From Candidatus Parcubacteria bacterium (GTDB lineage Bacteria > Patescibacteriota > Patescibacteriia > Patescibacteriales > UBA12075), in contig PKTK01000001.1 in NCBI GenBank assembly GCA_002869165.1, forward strand, positions 446,005-510,004: a stretch of DNA of 64,000 nucleotides, read 5' to 3'. Made by a program: the position numbers and the translations under genes. The notes under the pieces are model-generated. The model was not told the origin of the DNA. It made no database searches and saw nothing but the letters and a program-made list of their open reading frames with translations. Positions 46,440 through 56,762 of the stretch are shown here, one piece after another (within the stretch, counting starts at the first letter, position 1; each line of letters begins with the position of its first letter).

Positions 46440-48539
46440 ATGATATTTTTTGATAAAAAGCACAAAAGAAAAATCTTGTTTAGAATTATTATAATTTTCT
46501 TAATAGTTATGTTTTTTGCACTAAGTGGTAACTTGGCCATTAGTTTAGCTACCACTAAATATGGGGAAATCTACATTGATTATAGTGCTTATTACACTGA
46601 TGACAAAGAAAAAAAACTGGCCCTTACATTTGATGATGGTCCGCATAAAAGAAACACGCTAAAAATCCTCAAAGTCCTAAACGATAACGATATTAAAGCC
46701 ACTTTTTTCTTTCAAGGGCAAAATATTATTAGCAACCATGATGTAGTCAAACAAGTCTATGAAGCTGGCATGGAAATCGGTAATCACAGTTTTACTCATT
46801 CGAAAAATGTTCACAGTTCTCCAACTAGGTTGAAATACGAACTAAACTTAACCAGCGAATTATTGGAAGATATCACAGGAGAGCCAGCTCTTCTGTACCG
46901 ACCACCGTTTCTACTTGATGTTGGTGGAGATCCAATCTACTTTCCCCAAGACAATATTCCTATACTAGACCAAATTCAAGCTGAGGGTTATATTGTAATT
47001 GGCGCTGATATAGACCCTAAAGACTGGGATGTAAAAAGCCCTCAAGAGGTAGTAGATAATATTGATAAGGTAATTGATAATGGCAATATAATACTTCTTC
47101 ATGATGGAGGAAAAGAAGTTAGACACACGGTTTATGCGCTAGACACTATTATAAAAAAATACAAAGATCAAGGCTACACCTTCACAACAGTATCAGATAT
47201 TATTGGTTTAAAAGAAGATAAGACAACTAAAACGACTAACAATTCCCTATTATCTACCATCCAAGCTAAACTAGACTCTATTTATCTTTATCTTCTAACT
47301 ATTTTTAGTTTCCTGTTTATTGATATTATTATAAAAGCCCTGGTGATACTGGCTCTTCTTAGACTTGTTTTTGTTTTAATATTATTTAATATTGATAATC
47401 TCAAAAAATTCAAAAGAGAGAAAAAACCTGACAAATCCCCTCCAAGTGTAGCCGTAGTAATTCCTGCCTATAACGAAGAAGCTAGCATTGCTTCAACTAT
47501 CAAAAGTGTACTAAACAATACCTATAAGGTAGACGAAATAATAGTAATGAACGATGGATCCACTGACAGCACAAAAAAAATAGTAAAAGATTTAGCATTG
47601 AAATACTCGCAAATAAAGTTATTTAATCTTAAAAACGGGGGTAAAGCCAGAGCCCTGAATCACGCCTTCCTAATCTCTCAAAAAGATATTCTGATCTGCA
47701 TGGATGGTGATTCAATCTTTGAAAAGAATGCTATCGGCCATTTGATAAAGAATTTTGATGACCCACTAGTAGCTGCTGTAGCCGGCAAGGTATCAGCTAT
47801 TGTAAAGAAGAATTACATTGGGGGCTTTCAGCAAATCGAATATATTATAGGTCAAAACATTGAAAAAGCCTCTTTTAGTACTGTAAATGCTGTTGGGGTG
47901 GTGCCGGGCCCAATCGGTGCTTGGAAAAGAAGGGTCGTAAATGCGCTTGGTGGATACTCAAAAGACACACTGGTAGAAGACCAGGACTTAACTCTGGCCA
48001 TACTTAGTCAGGGGTTTGAAATTCGTTATGAACCGCGCGCCCTATGCTATACCGAAGCCCCTACCAATATCAAAGATTTTTCCAAACAAAGATTTAGATG
48101 GATATATGGTACTATGCAATGCTTCTGGAAATACAAAAAATTTCTCTTTAATCCAAAGAGAAAAAATCTGGGTATGATGATCATGCCAAATATACTTTTA
48201 TATAACACTTTTGTCCCGTTTTTCTCGCCAATGATTGATCTGTTTGCTATTCTTGCTATCTTTACCGGCCAATTCCATGGTGCTTTACTTGCTTATAATT
48301 TCTTTACTTTATTTGATATTTTGTATGCGGGGTCAGCTTTTCTCATTGGCAATGAAAAGAAAAATTGGCACTTGCTTCTACTCATACCTGCCCAAAGAAT
48401 TTTCTACAGACAAATCCTTTATTATATTGTCATCAAATCTCTTATCAAAGCTATAGAAGGGACCAGTGCTTTTTGGAACAAAGTTGAAAGAAACGGTAAT
48501 CTGGAAAAATTTTACTCTAATAATTTAAAACACGCCTAA
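46440..48539 (+). CDS. fusion protein: NodB-type polysaccharide deacetylase + processive family-2 glycosyltransferase (PgaB/PgaC-like)
   Basis: TFDDGP, NHSFTH, LLHDG (deacetylase); VVIPAYNEE, DGSTD, MDGDS, QRFRW plus C-terminal TMs (GT2 synthase). Confidence 0.8.
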   Translation: MIFFDKKHKRKILFRIIIIFLIVMFFALSGNLAISLATTKYGEIYIDYSAYYTDDKEKKLALTFDDGPHKRNTLKILKVLNDNDIKATFFFQGQNIISNHDVVKQVYEAGMEIGNHSFTHSKNVHSSPTRLKYELNLTSELLEDITGEPALLYRPPFLLDVGGDPIYFPQDNIPILDQIQAEGYIVIGADIDPKDWDVKSPQEVVDNIDKVIDNGNIILLHDGGKEVRHTVYALDTIIKKYKDQGYTFTTVSDIIGLKEDKTTKTTNNSLLSTIQAKLDSIYLYLLTIFSFLFIDIIIKALVILALLRLVFVLILFNIDNLKKFKREKKPDKSPPSVAVVIPAYNEEASIASTIKSVLNNTYKVDEIIVMNDGSTDSTKKIVKDLALKYSQIKLFNLKNGGKARALNHAFLISQKDILICMDGDSIFEKNAIGHLIKNFDDPLVAAVAGKVSAIVKKNYIGGFQQIEYIIGQNIEKASFSTVNAVGVVPGPIGAWKRRVVNALGGYSKDTLVEDQDLTLAILSQGFEIRYEPRALCYTEAPTNIKDFSKQRFRWIYGTMQCFWKYKKFLFNPKRKNLGMMIMPNILLYNTFVPFFSPMIDLFAILAIFTGQFHGALLAYNFFTLFDILYAGSAFLIGNEKKNWHLLLLIPAQRIFYRQILYYIVIKSLIKAIEGTSAFWNKVERNGNLEKFYSNNLKHA

Positions 48540-48541
48540 AA

Positions 48542-49366
48542 TTAATAATTTACCTGGCTTTCAGTTACTATCGTCTTCCAAGGTCCGCTCGGAACTTCAT
48601 CTTCTTCAATAAATCGCCAAGCAGTAACAACATTTGTCTCCATCCCCAAACAATCTCTCAATGCAGGAGACACATCCAGACCAGCCTTCACACCAAAATC
48701 ATTTTCTGGCATCGCAGAACCAAACACATAATCATAATCATCAGTATTCATCGGACCAACATCCTCCCATTGCCCATAACAGACTTGGTTTTTATAAACT
48801 ATTTCTATCCAACGGTTCTTTAAAATAGACTCATCAATGTCTTCACCTCTATACCAATTCAAATCCCTCAAACTATCCTTATGCTCTCCATCCTCATCAT
48901 AATCACCATACGGCAAGGCAAAATAAAAAGGATTTTCTTGCGGTTCAAACTCACATGGCCAATATCCACATCTATTATTGGGGTCATCAATTCCTCCAAA
49001 ACTCTCCATCCAATCAACATCCCAATAGCTTTCACGATTGCTTATATAATCATTGCTTGCGTCTGCGCCCTCTCCTGCCCAAAAAACACTTGTCATTGTA
49101 TACTTATACTCGTCATTCAAGTAATTTTTTAATTGTACTATTTGTTTACTGCTAAAATAACTATATGGCTTTACAATATAATCTTCCAATCTCCACTCTG
49201 AAGCATTGGCAATATTTCTTCTATTCTTTAGCACCTCTTCATTATTGTTTGACAAAATCATTAATTCAATTTTTTCCAATTTAAAATAGCTATTAATTTC
49301 TACAATAAATAAAACTGCTAGCAATACAAAAATTATTGAATAAATTTGTTTCTCATTACTTTTCAT
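48542..49366 (-). CDS. hypothetical secreted protein
   Basis: N-terminal TM/signal from MKSNEKQIY (49366); conserved-looking NPFYFALPYGDY...NRWIEIVYKNQVCYGQWEDVGP (possible double-psi beta-barrel; uncertain). Confidence 0.5.
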   Translation of the reverse strand: MKSNEKQIYSIIFVLLAVLFIVEINSYFKLEKIELMILSNNNEEVLKNRRNIANASEWRLEDYIVKPYSYFSSKQIVQLKNYLNDEYKYTMTSVFWAGEGADASNDYISNRESYWDVDWMESFGGIDDPNNRCGYWPCEFEPQENPFYFALPYGDYDEDGEHKDSLRDLNWYRGEDIDESILKNRWIEIVYKNQVCYGQWEDVGPMNTDDYDYVFGSAMPENDFGVKAGLDVSPALRDCLGMETNVVTAWRFIEEDEVPSGPWKTIVTESQVNY

Positions 49367-49490
49367 ATTATTTTCTTTGCTACCATTATAATAAACAAAT
49401 ATTAATAGTAAATTATTTTCTGTAAAAAAATCACTGAATACTGAAACACACAGCACGAACCATTGTTTACAAATAAAAATTATACCCATT

Positions 49491-49519
49491 TGTCATTCCT
49501 GCGAAAACAGGAATGACAA
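49491..49519. repeat. minimal GTCAT hairpin
   Basis: tgtcATTCCTGcgaaaaCAGGAATgacaa. Confidence 0.7.
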
Positions 49520-49674
49520 AAAAAGTAAGAAATATTATAAGGTGGTGATAATACTATTCTAATTTATATCAAAGGGATAATTATATTCATCATGAATAAC
49601 AAAAATGAAATTAGGAATCACAAAAAATACTAAAATATAAAATTAAAATACACCATACAAAACTTTTATTCAAA

Positions 49675-49711
49675 ACAAAAAACTCCTCGAAATTTCGAGG
49701 AGTTTTTTTAT
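49675..49711 (-). terminator. rho-independent terminator (perfect palindrome)
   Basis: aactcctcgaaa|tttcgaggagtt flanked by A-run and T-run, directly after the stop at 49730. Confidence 0.85.
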
Positions 49712-49729
49712 TTAAGTTCTTTAACTCTT

Positions 49730-52183
49730 TTAAAAAGAATTAGGAAATTGTTGCTGTATGGCTGCTTTGGTGGTTGGGTCAGTGACTACCTGCAAAAGCT
49801 GAGTAACAACTGCTTTTAAATTATCAGTTTCTCCAATCTTATCATACAAAACAGCTAAAGAATACAAAGCATTAGCATGATTTTGGCTAACTGTAAGTAT
49901 GCTTAAAAATACTTGTTCAGCTGCAATTAAATCATCATTCTTTTCCACTACTTCCCCACTAGTATTTCCCTCTACGCTTAATTCATCAGCGGGTAGTGGT
50001 TCACCTGTTTCTGGATCAATGTCATTGGTGGCAATGTCTGCTTCCGCTGTTTGTTTGATACCAGCATTAGCAATACCACGATTGAATAAAAGTCTACCTA
50101 ACTCAAATCTATAATCAATATTGGTTCCAGCAATCAAGTTAACACTTTTCATTTCCTCAATAGCCTGATCCATGTCTGACAACTTCTCGTAAGCTACTGC
50201 TTTTCCGTAATGCGCTGCTGCTAGATAAGATTTTTTCTCAATTGATTTGTCATAATATTTTAAAGCTTCGTTGATATAATACTTCTTCTCTTCTTGATCA
50301 GTTTCAGAATTTGCCCTAGCCATATTAACCAAAGCAATTCTCATATATGGAGTTGGGTTGGTTGGTTCAAGAACAATCAGTTCGTTATATAATTTTTCAG
50401 CCCACTCAAGCGCTCCTCTGGTATAGAAGGAAGCATTTTCATATATAAGTGCTAATGACTCATTATTACTAGCACTCTTGGGCGCTATTTCAATTGCTTT
50501 TTTACCAGAATCAATTGATTGAGACAAAACTGAAGAGATAGTGCTAGCATCCTTGCCATCTATTACAGCCTGATTAGCTTGCGCCATATATGCATTGGCA
50601 AGTGATAAATAATATTTATCCTGATATGGGGCCAAAGAGATTGATTTATTCAACAATTCTATTTTTTTAGCATTTTGGCCTGTTAACAAAGCATCTTTGG
50701 CATACATATCTGCCATATATGTTTTTAGGCCCATGGTAAATAACACAACCACACCAGCACTTACTGAAAGAAATATTGCCGCTAGCGCTAGAGCATATTT
50801 AGGAGCGGCTCTAAAAGATAAATTAATATTAGCAAATTTCTCAGGATAAATTGTTATAGCAATTGCTATTGATAGCACTGCCACCAAAACATTTAAAAGT
50901 ATTACTGAATTCTCTTGAGCAAACAAAAGTGACAATAAAACCATAGCAATAAAACTAGCAAACATACCTAGCATAATCGGATTAGAGTCATTTTCTTTTG
51001 TTTTTATCAAAGTCAAAAATATCAAAGAAAATACTATAAGTACAACCACTGAAACAGCCAAAGTTCCCAAAGCACCAACAGTTGCCAATAGTTCAAAAAA
51101 TGAACTAGAAGCTGAATCAAATCTTACATTCCATAACTGAGTGCCATTAAACTCTGGGGATTTAAACTTAGAAAAACTGTAATAAAAAGTCGAGGGACCA
51201 GAACCAAATACTGGATTTTCCATAATACTGGCCTTGGCTATATTCCAACTTGCCCCTCTACTTAAACTGATTTCAGTTGGAAGTTGCAAATCACTAACAC
51301 TGAAATTGCCCATTACAAAGAAAATAACTGAGGCCAAAAATACTAACAATGTTATCATCAAATTCCCTGTATTGATAGGAATAATTTTGGCCATAAAAAA
51401 CATAAGAACAATCACTGATGAAATGATAACCGCTGGCCAAAATGTGAATAGATTGAGTACTCCAAGCACATAGAGTGATAAAAGTACGGCGATTATTGAT
51501 AATAACTTAATCAAAATTACTAGTTGATTTTTCATTCCTGCAAATATCATTTCTGTCTTTGCAGCTAGTATTGTTAAAATCGGTAAAGCTATTGTCAAAG
51601 CCATGGTTAGACCTGATAGCGAGCCAATTGGATTAAAGCTAATAACCTTTGAAAATGAAAATGGCAAAACAAACCACCCACTTAACTGAAAGAATGAATA
51701 CAATGCCAACAAGAACATTGAGGCAGCAAAAGAAGTAAAATAAAGTCTTACTCTTTTCTTGTCAATATTATTTACCACCAAAAAGAAAAATAGCGCAAAA
51801 ACAATAAAGGCAATCAAGCCCTTGGCTGGTGAGCCATACGCTCCAATAAATGAGTCTTTTTGTGAAATTGAAAATATTGTTGATAATGCAAACAGAACAA
51901 ATGTTGCTAAAATCGGATAATCAAGTGGAGTCCTCTTGATATCTAATTCCCCCTTAAATACACCTTTGGTTACCCAAAGAACAGCTCCGAGTAACACAAG
52001 AAAATAAAAGATTGCCATCTTTTCAAAGGCAATTCCCTGAGCTACTACGCCTGTAAAAAATATTGGGCACAAGAAAAAAATTAAAGCGATCACTCCATAG
52101 ATCGTGTTATCAATAGCTTTAGTAGAAACCCTCTCGGCTACTGACTTTTTCTCCTCTGCTTTTTTGCTTTTTGCTTCAACCAT
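49730..52183 (-). CDS. O-antigen ligase/polymerase-like polytopic membrane protein with C-terminal TPR domain
   Basis: More than 12 TM helices, loop with GSGPSTFYYSF, TPR-like units in the last ~300 aa. Confidence 0.6.
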   Translation of the reverse strand: MVEAKSKKAEEKKSVAERVSTKAIDNTIYGVIALIFFLCPIFFTGVVAQGIAFEKMAIFYFLVLLGAVLWVTKGVFKGELDIKRTPLDYPILATFVLFALSTIFSISQKDSFIGAYGSPAKGLIAFIVFALFFFLVVNNIDKKRVRLYFTSFAASMFLLALYSFFQLSGWFVLPFSFSKVISFNPIGSLSGLTMALTIALPILTILAAKTEMIFAGMKNQLVILIKLLSIIAVLLSLYVLGVLNLFTFWPAVIISSVIVLMFFMAKIIPINTGNLMITLLVFLASVIFFVMGNFSVSDLQLPTEISLSRGASWNIAKASIMENPVFGSGPSTFYYSFSKFKSPEFNGTQLWNVRFDSASSSFFELLATVGALGTLAVSVVVLIVFSLIFLTLIKTKENDSNPIMLGMFASFIAMVLLSLLFAQENSVILLNVLVAVLSIAIAITIYPEKFANINLSFRAAPKYALALAAIFLSVSAGVVVLFTMGLKTYMADMYAKDALLTGQNAKKIELLNKSISLAPYQDKYYLSLANAYMAQANQAVIDGKDASTISSVLSQSIDSGKKAIEIAPKSASNNESLALIYENASFYTRGALEWAEKLYNELIVLEPTNPTPYMRIALVNMARANSETDQEEKKYYINEALKYYDKSIEKKSYLAAAHYGKAVAYEKLSDMDQAIEEMKSVNLIAGTNIDYRFELGRLLFNRGIANAGIKQTAEADIATNDIDPETGEPLPADELSVEGNTSGEVVEKNDDLIAAEQVFLSILTVSQNHANALYSLAVLYDKIGETDNLKAVVTQLLQVVTDPTTKAAIQQQFPNSF

Positions 52184-52306
52184 AATTTTATTATTTGTTA
52201 AATTTAATTACTAATATAATAATATTACCAAAATAAGAAAAGATTGTCTAATTACATTCACAAAAAAAATTAACTAAAATTAGCTATTTTTTTTAGATTT
52301 TATTTA

Positions 52307-53452
52307 TTATGTCCCCTCAAATACGCGATATACTTGCTCGGCTGTGTTCATCCAATTGTATTTTTCCACAAATTTTTGACTATCTTTAAGGATTTTTTCC
52401 TTCAATTTGTTATTATCTAAAACTTCTTTCATGGCCAATTCTATGCTTACAACATCTTTGGCATCAACATACAAAGCGCTCTGCCCAAGAATCTCTGCCA
52501 AACTAGAATTAGCACTAGTAATTACAGGGGTGCCACATACAATTGCTTCAAGTGGAGGAAAACCAAAGCCTTCATAAAAAGAAGGATAAACAAACACGCT
52601 TGCTAAATTATATAAATATTTTTTATCGTCGCTATTGATATAACCCAAAAATCTTATTTTATCCTTAATTTTGGAATTTTGCCAGTACTTAACAATCTTC
52701 TTATACTTCCATCCTTTAGCACCTGCTATTATAAGCTCATAATTATTATACCTGGGGCTATTTTCAAGTAAAGACTCAAAAGCCTTAATTAGGCCTAATA
52801 TATTTTTTCTTGGTTCAATATTTCCTAAATAAAAAATATAAGGCTTATTTAAGTTATACTCATCTCTTACCTCGTTTATTTTTTTATCCATTACATCAAT
52901 GTTTTTATATTCACTGGGGATTCCTGAGTAAATTACTTCTATCTTTTCTTTATCAATACCCAAATATTTTACAATATCATTTTTTGTATTTTTGCTAACT
53001 GAAATAATTTTATCAAAACTTGCCAACATTTTTTCAAGACCAATGCTTTTATGCCAAATATTTTTCCGTAGTGAAAAATATTCGGGATACATCACAAAAG
53101 AAAGATCGTGAACAGTAACAATCTTCTTCACCTTATTGCTCAAAGCTATGAAATTGATATGGGGCATAAAAAACACATCTACTTCAAGCAACTTATCAAT
53201 CTTGGGCCACTTCAATGTTTTCTGTAAAATATAATTAAATATCTTATTGGGAAACTTAGTGCGATAGTAACTAACATTAGGTTTTTTAAAATCAGGCAGA
53301 GAATCACTTATATTCTTCCAAGAATTATAAAAAAGAACGTATTCGTTCTCCTTATCAATTTCTAAAATATTCTTAATAATTTTATAACTATATTCAGGAA
53401 TACCACTATAATGTTTATCCATCAATGTTCGAATATCAATGCCAATACGCAT
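52307..53452 (-). CDS. family-4 glycosyltransferase
   Basis: GT-B/GT4 C-terminal block YPSFYEGFGFPPLEAIVCGTPVI; likelier start MRIGIDIRT (53452). Confidence 0.8.
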   Translation of the reverse strand: MRIGIDIRTLMDKHYSGIPEYSYKIIKNILEIDKENEYVLFYNSWKNISDSLPDFKKPNVSYYRTKFPNKIFNYILQKTLKWPKIDKLLEVDVFFMPHINFIALSNKVKKIVTVHDLSFVMYPEYFSLRKNIWHKSIGLEKMLASFDKIISVSKNTKNDIVKYLGIDKEKIEVIYSGIPSEYKNIDVMDKKINEVRDEYNLNKPYIFYLGNIEPRKNILGLIKAFESLLENSPRYNNYELIIAGAKGWKYKKIVKYWQNSKIKDKIRFLGYINSDDKKYLYNLASVFVYPSFYEGFGFPPLEAIVCGTPVITSANSSLAEILGQSALYVDAKDVVSIELAMKEVLDNNKLKEKILKDSQKFVEKYNWMNTAEQVYRVFEGT

Positions 53453-53453
53453 A

Positions 53454-54560
53454 TTAATCTTCGGATAAATTTGTTTTCCTCTCCACAAATTCTCTTATTT
53501 GTTTTTTAAAATTATCTTTGGAAAATTTCAAAGCATGTTCTCTGATCTTTTCTGGATTATATTTACTAGTATCAAAATCTTGAATAACTTTTTTCAAGTC
53601 TTCAACTGTTTCATTCTCAAACAACTCCCCTGTTTCACCTGGGATAACAGTCTCGGTAGCACCCCCTTGTCCAAGAGCAATTACTGGTCTGCCTGAAGCC
53701 ATAGCCTCAACAATCGTAATCCCAAAATCCTCTTTTTGAGGATTTATATAGGCCTGACACTCGGAAAATAATTTATTTCGCTCATCGTCACTAACCCGAC
53801 CCAGAAATTCAATATTATCACAATCCTTAGCCATTGCTTTGAGGTCATCTTGCCCAAGCCCATCACCAAAAATTTTAAGCTTTTTATCACTTCCCCTAAA
53901 AGCTTCTATTATAATATCAATTCGTTTATATGGAACTAGTCTACAACCAGCCAAAAAATAATCCCCTTGTTTATTGCTAATGTAAAACTTTTCTTCTTCT
54001 ATTGAAGGATAAATAATTTCTGAATCTCTTTTATAGTACTTTTTAATTCTTTTCTGAACAGTTTCAGAATTAGCAATAAAATAATCTACCCGATCAGCAG
54101 CCAGTTTATCCCAAATACGTATATAATTTAAGACTAAAGAAATAATCTTCTTAAAATATTTGTTATACTTAAGCTCAGCAATATATTGATGGGTGTCGCT
54201 CCATAAATATCTAGTTGGCGTATGACAGTAGCATATATGAACAGTCTCGGGTTTTGTAATTACCCCCTTAGCAAAAGAGCTGGTATCTGAAATAACTAAA
54301 TCATAATCAGACAAATCAAAAAACTCTACCGCCATTGGCATAAGTGCCAAATACCAACGGTAGCGTTTCACACCCCAAGGAAGTTTCTGAATAATAGAAG
54401 CTAAAATTGTTCTATTCTTGAAATACTTTTCCACCACTTCTTTTTTGTATAAAAGCACATAAATAGGCGCATCCGGATACATCTCGGCCAAGACCTCCAA
54501 AACCTTTTCTGCCCCTCCCTGTTGCGCTAGATGATCATGCACTAAAGCTACTTTCATCAA
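53454..54560 (-). CDS. family-4 glycosyltransferase
   Basis: MKVALVHDHLAQQGGAEKV N-terminus and EDFGITIVEAMASGRPVI block. Confidence 0.8.
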   Translation of the reverse strand: MMKVALVHDHLAQQGGAEKVLEVLAEMYPDAPIYVLLYKKEVVEKYFKNRTILASIIQKLPWGVKRYRWYLALMPMAVEFFDLSDYDLVISDTSSFAKGVITKPETVHICYCHTPTRYLWSDTHQYIAELKYNKYFKKIISLVLNYIRIWDKLAADRVDYFIANSETVQKRIKKYYKRDSEIIYPSIEEEKFYISNKQGDYFLAGCRLVPYKRIDIIIEAFRGSDKKLKIFGDGLGQDDLKAMAKDCDNIEFLGRVSDDERNKLFSECQAYINPQKEDFGITIVEAMASGRPVIALGQGGATETVIPGETGELFENETVEDLKKVIQDFDTSKYNPEKIREHALKFSKDNFKKQIREFVERKTNLSED

Positions 54561-54714
54561 TTTAGTTTAAAAATAAAAAGTTAAAAAGTTCATAAAGTCT
54601 TTTTAGCTTTTTAACTTTACAAACTTTTAAATCTTCAACTAGTTTAATAATACTCTTATTTTTATTATTTATCAAGAAAACAATAATATAAATTATAAAA
54701 AATAACTAAATAAA

Positions 54715-54766
54715 AATAGTGTCCTCTATAGTGGTAACTATAGCTACCACTATAGAGGACACTATT
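54715..54766. other. 22-bp perfect inverted repeat with 8-nt centre
   Basis: aatagtgtcctctatagtggta-actatagc-taccactatagaggacactatt, between the sugar transferase and GT4 genes. Confidence 0.8.
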
Positions 54767-54838
54767 GATAAGCAAATAAAAAAACGCGGACATTAAAAAT
54801 CCACGCTTAGATCAAAATTTGTAGTTCATAATTGATAA

Positions 54839-56275
54839 CTATTCGGCTTTTCTCTCTCGAATGACAGCCAAAGGAGTCCTAAGTAAAATTGATAAATCAA
54901 GAAGCATTGACCAATTTTCTATATAATATGTATCTAATTTTACTTCTTCATCAAAGCTAAGATCGGATCTTCCTGAAATCTGTGCAAGACCAGTGATGCC
55001 TGGTTTGATGGCAAAAACTTTCTTATGTCTTGATTCGTAAAGCGCTGTTTCCATGGTCATGTGGGGTCTGGGGCCAACCAACGAAATGTCTCCTCGTATT
55101 ACATTGAATAGTTGAGGTAACTCGTCAATGCTCCAACGTCTGATAAACTTCCCTACCCTGGTAATGCGAGGATCGTCTTTGATTTTGTGAAGCTGTTGAT
55201 CATTTCTGGTGTTAAGACGAGAATCAGCGGCTAACTTTTGCATAGCTTTATTGCCAGCGTCAGTGGCTGAGGGACCTTCACCATCGCAAAGATCTGCGAC
55301 CATTGATCTAAATTTAAAAAACAAAAATCTTTTGCCATATTGGCCAGTTCTATAATCAAGGTAGAGTATTGGCCCCCTTGAATCAATCTTGATAGCAATT
55401 ATAGCTAGTAGCATTACTGGCGACAAAACAATTATCAAGATTAATGCTGCTAAAAAATCAGCTATTCTCTTGGCTATCCTCCCCCAACCATCAAGTGGTG
55501 TCTTCTTAACTTCTACAACGGGGATACCAGATAGTTCAGACACTTCGGTCTTTAAAACTTTGGTGCCAAGTAAATCTGCTGCATATTTAAAAGTAAGATG
55601 ATTTTCATCTGCAAAATCAAAAAGTAATAGAGTTTCAGCCTTGCTTAAATTTGGGTCTGACTGAATAATCTCATCAACTTCCTTGCTTTTCAAAAATTCG
55701 AATACTTCCTGAGAAGTTTCTATTTTAAAATCCCTAACTCTTTTTACGATATTATAACCAATTCTTTTGTTAGTTGAAAACTCCTGCATCAAGACATCGG
55801 TAGTTTTTGTATTTCCCACTAGTACAACATTCCTAACTCCAATACCTTTTTTAAAAAGAAGCCTTTGGAAAAGTCTAATCAAGATTCTGTATAAAGAAAT
55901 ATAAAGAATAGCAAATAACAATCCGGCTAATACAATAAAACGAGAGTCAAATAGCTCTCGTTGCATAAAAATTAATATCACAATAAACATGAAACCAGTT
56001 GAACAAGCTGACACCACCGCATAAAATTCTTTCACAATCTTTTTGGTTCCTTTGATATTATAAAGACCTAAAAAAGCAAAAATAATTACCCAAAGAAGGG
56101 CAATTAAAAAAAGTGCATTTAAATAATCTCTAAACGGCAAAGTAAAAATAGCCGGTATTATACTAGTAGTAAAATCGGCAAAACGAATATAATATGCTGT
56201 TAGTCCAGCTAGTACTATCGCAATGTAATCTAGTGGAACTAACAAAAATGAAAAAAATAATTCTGAACGCTTCAT
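54839..56275 (-). CDS. polyprenyl-phosphate glycosylphosphotransferase (WbaP/EpsB-type priming sugar transferase)
   Basis: N-terminal TM bundle, C-terminal bacterial sugar transferase domain (RWSIDELPQLFNV, GDISLVGPRP, KPGITGLAQI); likelier start MKRSELFF (56275). Confidence 0.85.
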   Translation of the reverse strand: MKRSELFFSFLLVPLDYIAIVLAGLTAYYIRFADFTTSIIPAIFTLPFRDYLNALFLIALLWVIIFAFLGLYNIKGTKKIVKEFYAVVSACSTGFMFIVILIFMQRELFDSRFIVLAGLLFAILYISLYRILIRLFQRLLFKKGIGVRNVVLVGNTKTTDVLMQEFSTNKRIGYNIVKRVRDFKIETSQEVFEFLKSKEVDEIIQSDPNLSKAETLLLFDFADENHLTFKYAADLLGTKVLKTEVSELSGIPVVEVKKTPLDGWGRIAKRIADFLAALILIIVLSPVMLLAIIAIKIDSRGPILYLDYRTGQYGKRFLFFKFRSMVADLCDGEGPSATDAGNKAMQKLAADSRLNTRNDQQLHKIKDDPRITRVGKFIRRWSIDELPQLFNVIRGDISLVGPRPHMTMETALYESRHKKVFAIKPGITGLAQISGRSDLSFDEEVKLDTYYIENWSMLLDLSILLRTPLAVIRERKAE

Positions 56276-56403
56276 ATTTATTATAATTCTAATACTACGA
56301 ATAATATCCAAATACTACAAAATATAATTCGTAGTACCCGGATAAAATTATAGATTAGTATCATTTTTGGTCTTTTCAAGGCAGAAATAAGCCGGATTCT
56401 GTC

Positions 56404-56566
56404 AGAAGCTACTGGCTATAATTACTTTGATTAAATCACTTTTAAATTTTGAGGAAATTTTTTTGAAATTTTTTTTAGCAATATGGATATATTGGTCAAA
56501 AAAATTTAATAAAAATTTACCGAAATTTAAAATGATTTTGCAATGAAATTATAGCCAGTAGCTTCT
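56404..56566 (-). other. insertion 2 in rnpB: 20-bp perfect stem with a 123-nt AT-rich loop
   Basis: agaagctactggctataatt (56404-56423) pairs with aattatagccagtagcttct (56547-56566); sits immediately 5' of the conserved ACAGAAUCCGG. Confidence 0.8.
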
Positions 56567-56665
56567 ATGTATAGTTATTTATCTAGGCCTACTGTTACCA
56601 GTAAGCTCATGCGAACTACTTATAACCAGAGCGAAGTTCTGCAAACTCCAAACTAAATACTGTTT

Positions 56666-56762
56666 TGTCATCTCGTAGCGAAGCGGAGAGATCTCTTAAA
56701 TGCAAATAGCTTCACGTCTAAGGGATTTCTCCATTCGCTCTCGCTCCTTGCGAAATGACAAG
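56666..56762. repeat. GTCAT-hairpin element inserted inside rnpB
   Basis: tgtcATCTCgtagcgaagcggaGAGATctc ... gggatttctccattcgctctcgctccttgcgaaatgacaag, at the tip of the helix formed by ccagaacgaagttct/agaacttcgctctgg and aaatact/agtattt. Confidence 0.85.
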
